Source of the DNA: Podarcis melisellensis
Taxonomy: Eukaryota
DNA length: 64,000 nucleotides
Assembly (NCBI GenBank): GCA_964234715.1
Contig: OZ174275.1
Strand: one strand, 5' to 3'
The position numbers and the translations under genes were made by a program. The notes under the pieces were generated by a model. That model searched no databases and was not told where the DNA came from. It saw nothing but the letters and a program-made list of their open reading frames with translations. The first letter of the stretch is position 1. The number at the start of each line of letters is the position of its first letter. Positions 51,048 through 62,555 of the stretch are shown one piece after another.

Positions 51048-51102
51048 GATAGTGTTGTGACTTGCCTCTCTGCATGAGGATTCTGTCAGTTTGACCATGC
51101 TG

Positions 51103-51108
51103 AATAAA
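51103..51108 (+). terminator. Candidate proximal poly(A) signal AATAAA for the GPD1-family gene (a distal one lies at 52006-52011)
   Basis: Hexamer about 55 nt after the stop codon. Confidence 0.45.
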
Positions 51109-52598
51109 AGCAAGCAAAACAATATCATCTGTACTACGTGTTCATTGTCACAGGCTATACAGAAAAACAGCGTAACTATTTCCACAGAAAGTGAAGTCCG
51201 CTAGATACATCTCAGTATAAACTTCAGAAGCCAGGGAAGTGGAGGATATTACATAGGGCTCGTAAGTTGAAAATGAGGGTGTAATCTCAAAGTCACTCAT
51301 GAGAATTCGGACATGGAACAGAAGAGTGTGTTTTTGTTCAGGTGCGCTTGTTGAGCCTTTTGTTAAAGACCTCCAGTGAAAGAGTGAAGAACCTCCTGAG
51401 GCAGTGTCTTTAATTTCTGAAGCTTTCTTTCCCCTGAGTGACACATGTTTCAACTTGGATCTACTGAAGCCAAAAAAAGCCTGGCTCGGTAGTGGAAATC
51501 AACTTGTGAAATTGAGTGGGGTAGAACTTGGCAGGGAGATCAAACGCTCTAGGTATTGTATGATGTTTTGCCAGTCTCCGCCTCCCTTCAATGTCTCCAC
51601 ATCTTGTCCCATGCTTTCCTGCCCACTGCCTGCCTTGTTCTTTGTTGGCCTCCTTGGGATTCCTGTCTTTCCCCCGATTCCAGCAGGGGTGGGGGAGATC
51701 TGCCCCACCAGTTCCACTTCCTTTGCCCTGTTCTTCAAATCCTACTTCACCTCTGCCCACCCTCATCTTAGATTTCTCTTTCTCAGTCCACTGCTGACTC
51801 TCAGCTCTTCTTTCAGCTGCATACCTATTGGGAGCTTCCCCACAAAGCTATGCCATCAGTGACAAACTGCTTTCCCTCACAGTCCTGAGGGAAAATTTGT
51901 AAGCTCGTGGAGGAAAATGCAGTTATATGGAGCTTAAACACACATGGAAGCTAGGTCAAATTCCCCTGAGGCATTTAATATCTTTTGTTTACAATTTCAT
52001 TTATGAATAAAATAATTCCCATGAGGTATCCCAAAGTGATATCAAAACAAAGTAGAATAGTACTGAAAAGTTTAAAATAATGGCATGCTTATCACACAAT
52101 TCAGTTTTTTCGGAGCAGTTGCAATGTATTCTACATTTCTCGCTACAAAACTCAATTTCCTTCTAGAAAGTGTACGTTTTCTGTAAACAAAAAGGACCAA
52201 AGATTTTTTTTTAAGACAAGGTTCTTTAATTTGACACTAATGCTCAAAGTGCTTATGCTAAAAGAATCTTCCACATATTTTAAAAATAATAAAATCAATT
52301 GCACATATAAACACCATACACAATCCAGCCTGAAGTCCACTCATGACAAGAAGTGGAAAAGAATAGTTCTGCATAAATAGTATGTTGTATCAATTGGCAA
52401 AGTACAATTTACATGTAAAAATCTATGTTGACATTTTGTACTACGGAGTGACAGACTGCACATATATACGGACTCTAACTGCATTACTGTTCTGAGTCAT
52501 GATCCTGGTTCTCAAGAGATGTGCATCCGCAGACAGTTCTCTACTGCTCATCCACAGCTTATACTGGATTTTAAACTGTATAACATTCATTGAAATTA

Positions 52599-53160
52599 CC
52601 GTATTTTTTGCACCATAACACTCACTTTTTTCCTCCTAGAAAGTAAGGGGAAATGTCTGTGCGTGTTATGGAGCGAATGCCTACGGGTCGCGGGGGGTGG
52701 GGGATCTGCTGCAGTCGTGAGCAGAGGATCCATGGTTCCCCTTCCTTCCCTCCTCCGTGGCTCGCTTTGAAACAGCAAAGCGGGAGAAGAGCCGCTGAGT
52801 GGGGAGGAGAGAGGGACAGAGAGCAAAGCGGGAGAGGAGAGGAGCCTTCTCCCCTTATACCCCTCTTCTTCATTATTAGCAGCATCCTTCTCCACACCCC
52901 CGTGTGCTCCTTGTCCCTTGAGTGCTTTTCCTTCCCTCCCCACTTAAAACATGGTTACAAAGCACAGATCCACATGGATCCTCAGGATTTTTGCATTGGG
53001 CTACTCCAAACTCACTGTCAGATCACATGTCTGTGGCCACACCATGAACCACAAAAATCATACATCCACTGTTTCGTTTAGATTTTTCCCCCTTGTTTTC
53101 CTCCTCTAAAAACTACATGTGTGTTATGGTCGGGTGCGTGTTATAGAGCAAAAAATACGG
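52599..53160. mobile_element. Tc2/pogo-like MITE with termini related to 5113-5544
   Basis: TA|CCGTATTTTTTGC ... GCAAAAAATACGG|TA; shares the subterminal aaggggaaatgtctgtgcgt..tatggagcgaatg. Confidence 0.85.
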
Positions 53161-53690
53161 TAATTCAGATAAGCATAGCGTCTGCTTTGGCCCACATATG
53201 CAGAGATAGGTAAGATTCCGCCCCCCCAAAAAATCTATACCTTATTCAAGCTACACAAAATAAAATAATAAGATAAAATGTAAGTATGCTCTCATAAAAC
53301 CCTCCCACGAGCTCAAGTTGTGAATCTGAAATAGAAAACAGCTCACTGGCATGGAGAAACTTGTCTAGATAAAATTAATATTTCAAGTAGGTTTATTTTG
53401 AGCCTATCTGTACAATAACTGGGACATAACACAATGAAAACATTTAAAATGAGCAGCTTTATGTAGGAGATCGCTTTAACATTCATTTCTTTCCTCATAA
53501 CCAAGATATGCAGCATTCTATAGTATCAAGTAAAACATAGGTCATATTTCCTTATGACATTTCATCAGAATGACTGGTAGGCTAGTGAATGCCAATATGG
53601 TGAGGAGTCTTGTCAGGCTAAATACAGTAATGCATCTGTTGTTTGTGTGCTTGCCAAGAAGAAGAAGAATGGTGGCAGTGTTATTTTGTA

Positions 53691-53924
53691 CAGTCGTACC
53701 TTGGAAGTCGAATGGAATCCATTTCGGAAGCCCGTTCGACTTCCAAAGCACGGCTTCTGATTGGCTGCAGGAAGCTCCTGCAGCCAATCAGAAGCTGCAG
53801 AAGCCCCGTCAGACCTTCAGATTCTGAAGAATGTTCGCAAACAGGAGCACTCACTTCCGGGGTTGTGGCGTTCGGGAGCCAAAACGTCTGAGTACCTAGG
53901 CGTTCAGGATCCAAGGTACGACTA
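53691..53924. mobile_element. Tigger-like MITE with internal perfect hairpin
   Basis: TA|CAGTCGTACCTTGGA ... TCCAAGGTACGACT TIRs. Confidence 0.8.
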
Positions 53925-56892
53925 TTTAGAAAAATTGTGGGTATTTAACTGGACACAACAGGTTTCTGTTGTGAGCCACCCTCTAATCTTCAGAGGAAGG
54001 GCGGTATACAGATTTAATTAATGATAGTAATAGTTGAAATGTAAATACAGTTTAACTCAACTGCATCTACTGATTTCTGTCCTGAGTCAGGGATGTGCTC
54101 TTATATTCTGTGTTTTGAAATGGTCTATGGCTTCCTACTGCTACTTTTGCTCTCTTTAAAAAACAAACAAACACCACCCTGACCCATTTTTGATGAAACA
54201 CTCAATCTCATTCTAATAAACTTGAAATCTCAATGCATCCCCAAAGAACAAAACGTACCTGAAACAGAGAGGCAGTTTTGTGAAATTATTTGTTCCAGTG
54301 TGGGAAACATTATTCTACTGCAGAATCTAATCTAATTTGTCTAATCTGAGGCGAGAAGCAGTTAATACATTTTATGAATGCCTCAAGCATAGCATCAACT
54401 CCCAATGATCCTCTCATGATGAGCTACCCTCTTGCATCTTGGAGTTGCTAACATGACACACATGCATACACATGTACATACACATGTACATTGTACCATG
54501 GGAAATTATTTGGAGAGGGAAGGATTATCCTTTTTCCTCCCAGGCATGATGATCCCTTTCCAAGGCTTGTAGGTGATATATAGATAGCTCTTGTTTCTCC
54601 AGCTGCCCTCTACAGGAAGGTTGCTTGCTTGTTCTCCCTGCCACAATGCTTGGGTGAGGCAGGGCAGCAAACATGCTTTTTGCCAAGCCTAATTTCAGGA
54701 GGAAGGGCGAGTGTGCTGCCCATAACAGCTTCTCTGGTTGGCAAATGTGCACAAGGACTTGTGACCCCTGCTCAGAAAAGCGCCCAGAAGCAGTTGAGAT
54801 ATCTACAATGGTAACAGCAGTGGTAGCAGACCTTGCTTCCTGCACATGAGATTGTTCTATAACAGTAAAATATGTTTTAGATGTATTTACCTTTGCTAAT
54901 CAACCAGAATTTGTCTAACTCATAGAGGAGAATAGACTACTTCTATTTTGACTAAGGAGCATTTCTTTAAACACAGTAATCAATACCAGTCACATCGGTT
55001 AGGGCTGTGGATTATAAATTGCTACCAGATATAACTAGAATCTCATATTAAAACTGTATTTTGCTTTCACAAGATGCATAAAAGCAACTAATAGCTGCAT
55101 GCAAAGGAGCTGGAAGGTAACACAGCCAAATGCTCTCTTAAGTTCTGGGCTAACATATTTACAAACTTGCAACTTTTACAGGGACCTTTAGATATTTCTC
55201 CATTTCATTACATTCTCAGATGGACAAATGCCTAGCAGAAGAAAAACAGTTTCTCAAACAGGACAATGTTCTATTTTTACGACACAAATTCATTAACATT
55301 GGTAAAAATGCCTATACACAAAGTTAGCCAAAAAGTCGATACAGTGCAATTGTTTTGCTTCAAGACAAACAATGAGAAAAATGTTCAAGTATATAAAAGC
55401 ATCCTTACAAGATGCTATTTAAGTTCTATTATTATTGCACAGATAAGAATTAGTCTTTACTCCATGTTCCATGGAGCCATTTCCTATTAGTTGAGCTATA
55501 GATCTATTTAGAGAATTCTCATTCATATTCAAATTGGACATATTTAAAGCATTTCTTAACCCTAATATTTTATTGCTATTTCCATGCCTTCCCTCCCCCA
55601 CCCCCGCTTATTTAAGGCTAATGTCGTGTGTAATATAAATAGCATATTTATAGTAGTGTACACATATTCACATCATTGGAGGAAATCCCCTCTCAAATGC
55701 TTCAGTCAGCTTTCTCATGCTTCAGGTAGGAAGCAGTTTACTGACTAGCTGTAGTCACACAAACCCTCTTTGTAAAAATAAGGTTTATTTTAAGAAAAGA
55801 AATCTAGCAGGCACTATTAGAACGGGGTGGCCAACCTTTAGCTGTATTTGGACCGTTGACCATCCAAGTTATGGTCCAACATCTGGTTAGCCACAAGTTA
55901 GCCACTCCCAATGTACTTTCTTCAATGAACTGCATTTCTTGTTAATGGAAGAGTTCACCTGATTCCACTCAAGTTTCTGATCTCACTATGCTGATCAGCC
56001 TGCTACCACTGCACACTTTTTGAGAGGACTGGAAGATTTAGGTAAACATTTGCTTCTCCTAGTGCAGCACTGCTTTCAATGGATCAGAATGCTCAGCAGG
56101 ACCAGGTGTGAACCCCTCCAGTCCCAAGGCAAAACCAATTTGTGCCAGTTGCAAGAAAGGAAAGTTATCAGAACTATGATCCCTGAGGGTTTTTCAGTCT
56201 CATGGGAACAGATTCTTCATCTACAAGTTGCTCACTGACTGACTTTTAGCAATTTCTTCGTGGCACAAGCAGCATACGTTAAAAAAAAAAAGGAAGTTTA
56301 CAAGTCTTCATGTACCCAACATAATTGAGCTCAGCAGTTCTTTCACCCAAGAACCAGAATAGGGCCCCTGATAATAGAAACCCACATTTTAGCCCCAAAG
56401 GTGTCAGTATGGAATCTGTAAGTATCGCAGTTTGGTGTTGTTGTTTTTTAAAGCCCCCTCAAACTTAATTATGAATTCAGTGATTTCACTCTTCCTCTGG
56501 CCTACTCACCTAAGTGTGTGGAAAACCCCCCGAAGGACTGGCTGTATACCAGCATTTGAAGAAGGCCAATGCAGTGAAATGAACGAGGGCTACTCCTTTC
56601 TTCAAATTACCTTGTAAGAAACTGAACATGAGTAACCTAACCCAAAACAAGTTTACTTAGGAATGTTCAATCCTAAACATGCTGGCTAGGATGCAAATCT
56701 TCCTAGTAAGTATGCTTAGGACTGAAGGTTTAAGTCCATCGAAATTACAGCATAATACTTTAGTTTAGTAGTTGGTCTTCAACAAGTTAAGGGGAGATTA
56801 AATATTTTCATTATTTAGAATATCAAAAGTGCATGATGTGCAGCTATTGAAAAGTTCCTCCATATTCTGAGCAGCAGATACTTCAGAGAATA

Positions 56893-57124
56893 CAGTGGTA
56901 CCTCAGGTTACATACGCTTCAGGTTACAGACTCCGCTAACCCAGAAATAGTGCTTCAGGTTAAGAATTTTGCTTCAGGATGAGAACAGAAATTGTGCTCC
57001 GGCGGCGCGGCAGCAGCAGCAGCGGGAGGCCCCATTAGCTAAAGTGTTGCTTCAGGTTAAGAACAGTTTCAGGTTAAGAATGGACCTCTGGAATGAATTA
57101 AGTACTTAACCTGAGGTACCACTG
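56893..57124. mobile_element. Tigger-like MITE, probably within the LMLN 3' UTR
   Basis: TA|CAGTGGTACCTCAGGTTA ... TAACCTGAGGTACCACTG|TA; internal repeats of TTCAGGTTA. Confidence 0.9.
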
Positions 57125-57650
57125 TATCTTCAAATCACCAGAGTGTACAAAGCAAATAACAGTTCTGGAAGCATCCTAAAGCTGTACCAAAAGGCTAATT
57201 CTTTGGATACATCTGCAAGAATCCATAAAGCCACACTAGGCTCAAGTTATTAGCAATGATGGCGACTATTTTCATGGCTTTTAAATTAAAGGAAACTCTG
57301 AGGTATATCTCTAAGGATGCCAAAAATTCTGCTACCAGTCTCAGAGAATTCTGCCTATCAAGAGTGCTCCAGACCAGTGGCAACATAACACTACTGGCGA
57401 TTTTGTTCCCCACAATTTGTTACCAATGTAAAAACAAAACTTTAATACTGGCACTTATTGAGATGACGCTGTAAACTTCGCCTCTCTTGGGATGGAGGCT
57501 GTTTCTCCAGCACCTTCTGCCTGTGATCAGCCGGCCTTCTTGCCACAAGGCAGGTGGAGAAGTGTTTGCTCTTCTGGATAGCTGCCTTTGAGAAGAACTC
57601 AAATGGAGTGTACTGTGGACGTAGTCTATGGGGTAACCTGGGAGCCCAGT

Positions 57651-57751
57651 TTAACTCCATGCACAAAGAAGAAATCCAGCCAGTAGCGGAAGCAAGTTCG
57701 CCATCAATAGCCATAGGGTTACTACCAGGCTAGGGGAACAGGAACACAAAT
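57651..57751 (-). CDS. LMLN: LMLN last coding exon ([33 protein letters not shown]; GPI-signal-like tail)
   Basis: tttag|AT ... TAA at 57653-57651. Confidence 0.93.
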
Positions 57752-60700
57752 CTAAAACAAATGTTAAAATGGTATTAGCATAGTTTAAGTACTTCTGCAG
57801 ATGCTGTTCAAAATAGTCCTTAACAAACAGGAATAGAGGCAGATGCTCTTTGAGAGTCTAAACTTTAAAACAAAACAAGAACTCTCTGTTTCACTTAATG
57901 ACTTTTGAAGGGTTGCTTACCAATAGATGTGAGTCTTGTTAAATTAGCAACTGGAGGAGGATCCTGCTCAGGTGGGCAGAAATCGCAGAAGTCTGAACAC
58001 GCTGGGCAAATTAGGTTCCCAATATGTACCCATCCATTCATCTGAATATTCACTGTTAGGATTTGACCTGAGCGACTGCACAAATATGACTCATCCTTGA
58101 CCCAAACAGTCAGCCCACGGGGAGAACAAGAAACCTAAGAAATAAAGTTGGACTAGCTAGATTATTGCAAGCATTTATTTAATTTTTAAACCAAGTCTTT
58201 TAAGAGACATGTTGCTTGTAGTCGAGCTGTCAAAAGGAAAAGCTAGAACAATTTGTGTGTACCTTCACTTGTTTGCATGCAGATTTGGAAAATGACAGAT
58301 TGTTGGTCAGGCTGTGTAAGAGGGTATCTGCTCATTTTAGAGACTTATACTGTTGGCATAAAACTAATGGGCATGAGGTAGGGAGATATTTTGACTTCCA
58401 CATGACTATCTGGTCTAATACAATTAGATACAAATGTAGAAACATGTAATTTGGTCTAATACAATTAGATACAAATATAGAAACATGTAATGACTAATTA
58501 AGAGCAATAATGATTTCTAAACAGCACAACTTTACAAAATGCAACCTTAAATTAGGAGCTCCTGCAGTTACCTGGTAACAGCCACTGCCCCAGTCAGGGT
58601 AACTGAGTTTCTTTCTGCATTGTTCCATAACAAAAGCTGACTTCTGAATGAGACACACAGAATTTGGTCCATATTTCTCTGCACCATAGTTTTTGAAAGG
58701 ATCTAAAAAAACCAGGAAAGCACTGTTAACACATACTGTGGACTGCTAACCAGCTTCAGACTATGATTTCAGATCCTAGTTTCTGAGCCTGAAACAAACC
58801 TGGGTAGACTCAGATACAGATGCAACATGACAACCATGGGTTAAGCTAAAGAAGCTATGGGTTTCCCTTATATTGGAACCCAAAATTTCTGAAAGATATT
58901 AAAGGAAAAAATAAACACAAAACCAACTGACCTGGTTGATTTTCGAGTATTCTACAGTCTGAACTTCGCTGAAATTCACCACTTAAGTGCCAGCTAAATT
59001 CCTGACTGAACGGACAGAAGTCTGCAATTTCAACAGACCCACCATAATAAGGCAAATCTTCTGATGGTACCCCATAAAGACGGTCAAAATACTGCAAAAG
59101 ATACAGTGACAGAGGCAGCTATGAAGGTAGAAGAAGCACAGTCATATCATCATCATCACCATCACCTGGTAGTAATAGTAAACTTTTACAACAACGGCAG
59201 AAACCCCCATTCTATACATTGTATTCATGTTAAAGAGAACCAAAGCACAAAGCTATAGTTGCTACTGCCATTAATAATTTTTATTTTAGGACCAACAGTA
59301 TTGCTAGGTACTGCACATACAAGTCTGTTAAGCACGACAAATGCATTCTCTTTTGACTGTGTGTTGTCTGAACCCTAAACTATGGTTAATCTTAACTATG
59401 GTGAGTGGAAACAAGCCAGCTGCTTAAACTATGATTTAAAGTTGACTTGTTTCAACAAACTACAGTTTGTAAGTGATCCGACAACAAATCAAGCTGAATC
59501 TAAAATGGAAGCAAAAGCTTCTAAATTCTTCCTTGTGGTTGCACTGGAAGAGAAGGAGGAAGCGCCCAGCCCCTCTGCTTGTTCTCATGTCTGAATGAGA
59601 CTGGTGGTTCATAGAACTTACAGAGTCACACCCTTTATACCTGATATTCCTGAGGAAGCTGTTGTGGGAATTTCTGTAAATTGCACACTGCCACTGCTCT
59701 TTGGTCCTGTCTACAGGTTAACTGCAATGGATTAGTCCGCAGAGTGTCACAATATGGATCCACCAATTCTTTCCTGTGAATAAAGTTGAAAACCTCAATA
59801 AGGGAACTGTTAAAAAAAAATTATACAACACTTAACAAAAAAACCAGTACTAACCAGACAAACATTAATAGGCTATTGCAATGCCAGTGGCATCACATAC
59901 CATGCAATCTAAAGAAACGTATTCTTACCTTCTCCTCTTGTGATCAATCCAAAACTTACAGCTTTTCATCACAAAGTCACAGCCTTTATCTCTGCCCCAA
60001 TCAAGCTTTTCTGCCATGTTGTAATTGGCTTTATACCAGCTGTAAACATATGTTGAAATAGAAATTAGATTATTGTACTTCTGAACAGTCAGCAAAAAGT
60101 TATTTCAAAGCTCTTGCATGTGTTAATCAAGCTACGCGATATGAACCATTTCGTAATGCAGGTAGGCACACGTATTGTCGTCTCCAAGATTGCTGCTCCT
60201 CTTTTGGATTAAGAAGCAAAGCCCAAAAATGGAATTGCTCTTCTCCTTCAATGAAGGAATAAACATTGAAAGGGGGAAAAGATTTCAACAGCCAGCACTA
60301 ATGCCACTCTAAGGTAATTTAAATCTGACTAGTTATTGCCAGCCTTTTCCATCCCCCATTATCCACTTACAACTGGAGGGAAATGCTTGAGAATTATGAT
60401 TAGTTCAGGAGTATCCTTAATTTGACTCTACAACTTCACATTACACTAGCAGATAAATGCAAAATGAACGGAGAAATTTTGATTTCAATTTCATGTTAGA
60501 ATTTAAGTTATCCAACTCAAGGTATAGGCTTTTCACATGCATTAAAAATAGCTGACTGGCAGATGCAAATCCAGAACGGAAAGATTAATCTTAAGACAAA
60601 ACCTCACATGAAACTCCAATATTTACAAGAACAAGGAGCGGCAACAATATCGACAAAATGATTTGCATAGAAATGTTGCATTGTTTCCAAAGCCTAAAAT

Positions 60701-62506
60701 TCAAACACCTCCAACTACATAAGTTTCTTAACTATATATTTAAGATCTGTCCAAACAAGGCATATTTATGAGAAAACCCAAACCAACTATACCTCCTTAC
60801 CCAGTGTCTTCCATTAATGCCAAAGTGATGCGGGAGAAGACCCTGTTCTGAGTGTGCGATCCAGTCATAGCTTCATTCTGAAAGTAACCACCCAAAAAAC
60901 CCGTAAGCTTCGTGACAGAACAGCAACTCATTCCTCGTTTTGGGGTTGGGGAGAAGAAAGAATGTGTACCTTTGGGCATAAACACTTATTACATAGGCCC
61001 ATTAATTGTTCCTAACATTTTCTTGGTTATTTCATTTATGATCCCTCCCCATGAAACAGTCTGAAGTGATTTACATGTAAGTGCTATTGCTAAGCCAATT
61101 TGGATAAAGTCTGAGATAGTCTTCATCTCCACTTAGGAGGCCTGATGGTAGAGGATTCAATAGGTGTTTAAAGCCAGTGAAGATGGCAGCTCCCAGGTTT
61201 ATAAAGGTGTGGTTTCCAAAGGGTAGGCACTGCCATGCCACACTAGATGTCTAATTCCCACACTGTATGGGACAGGCTTCCTGATGAGCTGATATCTGTA
61301 GGAGGCCCTCTCATCACGGTATAAGTGTATAAGCTGACCACAAAATGAGGAGTTGCATGTAGTCAAACACTAGGGGACTGCCCTAAATTGCTCCTCTGGT
61401 ACTGCTCATTTAAAACAAATAGTAAGAAATGAAAGAGTGGAAAGATAAAGACAAATGAAGACAAAGGTAATAATTACAATATATCTTCTTTATATATTCA
61501 ATATATATTCTTTATAATGCATGGTATTCTTTCACAAAGCAAGCTGTGCTGCTCCTCTTTTAAAAACTGCTTTATATAATCCCATTTTATCTAGATTGCA
61601 GTGACTGTCCAATTAACAAGTTCTAAGGGAAAGATTAAATAAAAATTTGAGGATGGGGGAAGGAATCTTTCCAGTGATAAATCTTACTTTTAAACTTTCA
61701 TCAATCTGTCGTCCTGGAGACAAAGTATCCGATACCACAAAAACCTGCATTTTAGTTTATGATCACCTTGCAAAAAACCCAATAGCTACTGTATTAGAAT
61801 TAGCTGTACTGACCTCCAACAATCTCTTTTCCCAATGATTGAGCTCTGTACCCATGCCACCTTGATTTTCAAGTTCCATCCCCTCTAGAAATTGACATCC
61901 AAAGTGTTTTCGGGCCTCCTCCTTCAAAAAGATGCACCAGAAAACCGCTGTCAAAATAATTAGCAACACCCTTCCTTGAGAATCAAAACTAACCCCCCCC
62001 CCCCATATTTTAAGTTCCCAGGAGGGGCTTCCTTCATCTTGCACAGATTTCCAATGAAAAGGGTCCCCCAATTCTTCTTCCTATATGTGTTGAAATGTAA
62101 GGCTGCTATCATAATGTGGTTCACATGACTGGCAATAGGCAGCCATGCTGGACGGCAGAACAGGCAGGCAAGCAAGCAGTGTGGGTGGCAGGTGCCCCAG
62201 GCAAGATGTTTGGGAAGAGAGGCACTTCATAGAGCAGTTCTCTGAAGTGCTTCCCCTGTTAAATACAGCTGCAACAATTGTTAATGGAGGGAGGAGGCAC
62301 TTCAGAGAATGGTATTGGGCAAAAAAAGCCCCTCCTTTAAAGCTTGGGGTGAGGGGAAGGGCAAGATGCAAAGGGAGGAGGGGTTACATATACATGGAGA
62401 AGGGAGGATTGTGAAAGGGGTTGGTGCGTAGGTGAGGTTAGTGAATGGAGCGAGCCGGAGATGGAAGCTGCTAGTAAGAAATACTATTTAAAGTTCATGA
62501 ACCTGA

Positions 62507-62555
<49 letters not shown>

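Noticed and set aside
51045-51077. Stop-codon readthrough to a peroxisomal signal in the GPD gene
   Set aside because: The stop is TAA-G (not a leaky TGA-CTA context) and the extension DSVVTCLSA* is not a PTS1.
51404-51862. Overlapping ORFs (152 aa on +, 101 and 79 aa on -) downstream of the GPD stop
   Set aside because: Pyrimidine/purine-skewed sequence with no recognisable homology and no consistent exon phase with either neighbouring gene.
57442-57714. Apparent alternative LMLN C-terminus (MAIDGELAS...)
   Set aside because: It is an off-frame reading; the spliced frame gives the conserved hydrophobic tail ending at TAA 57651.
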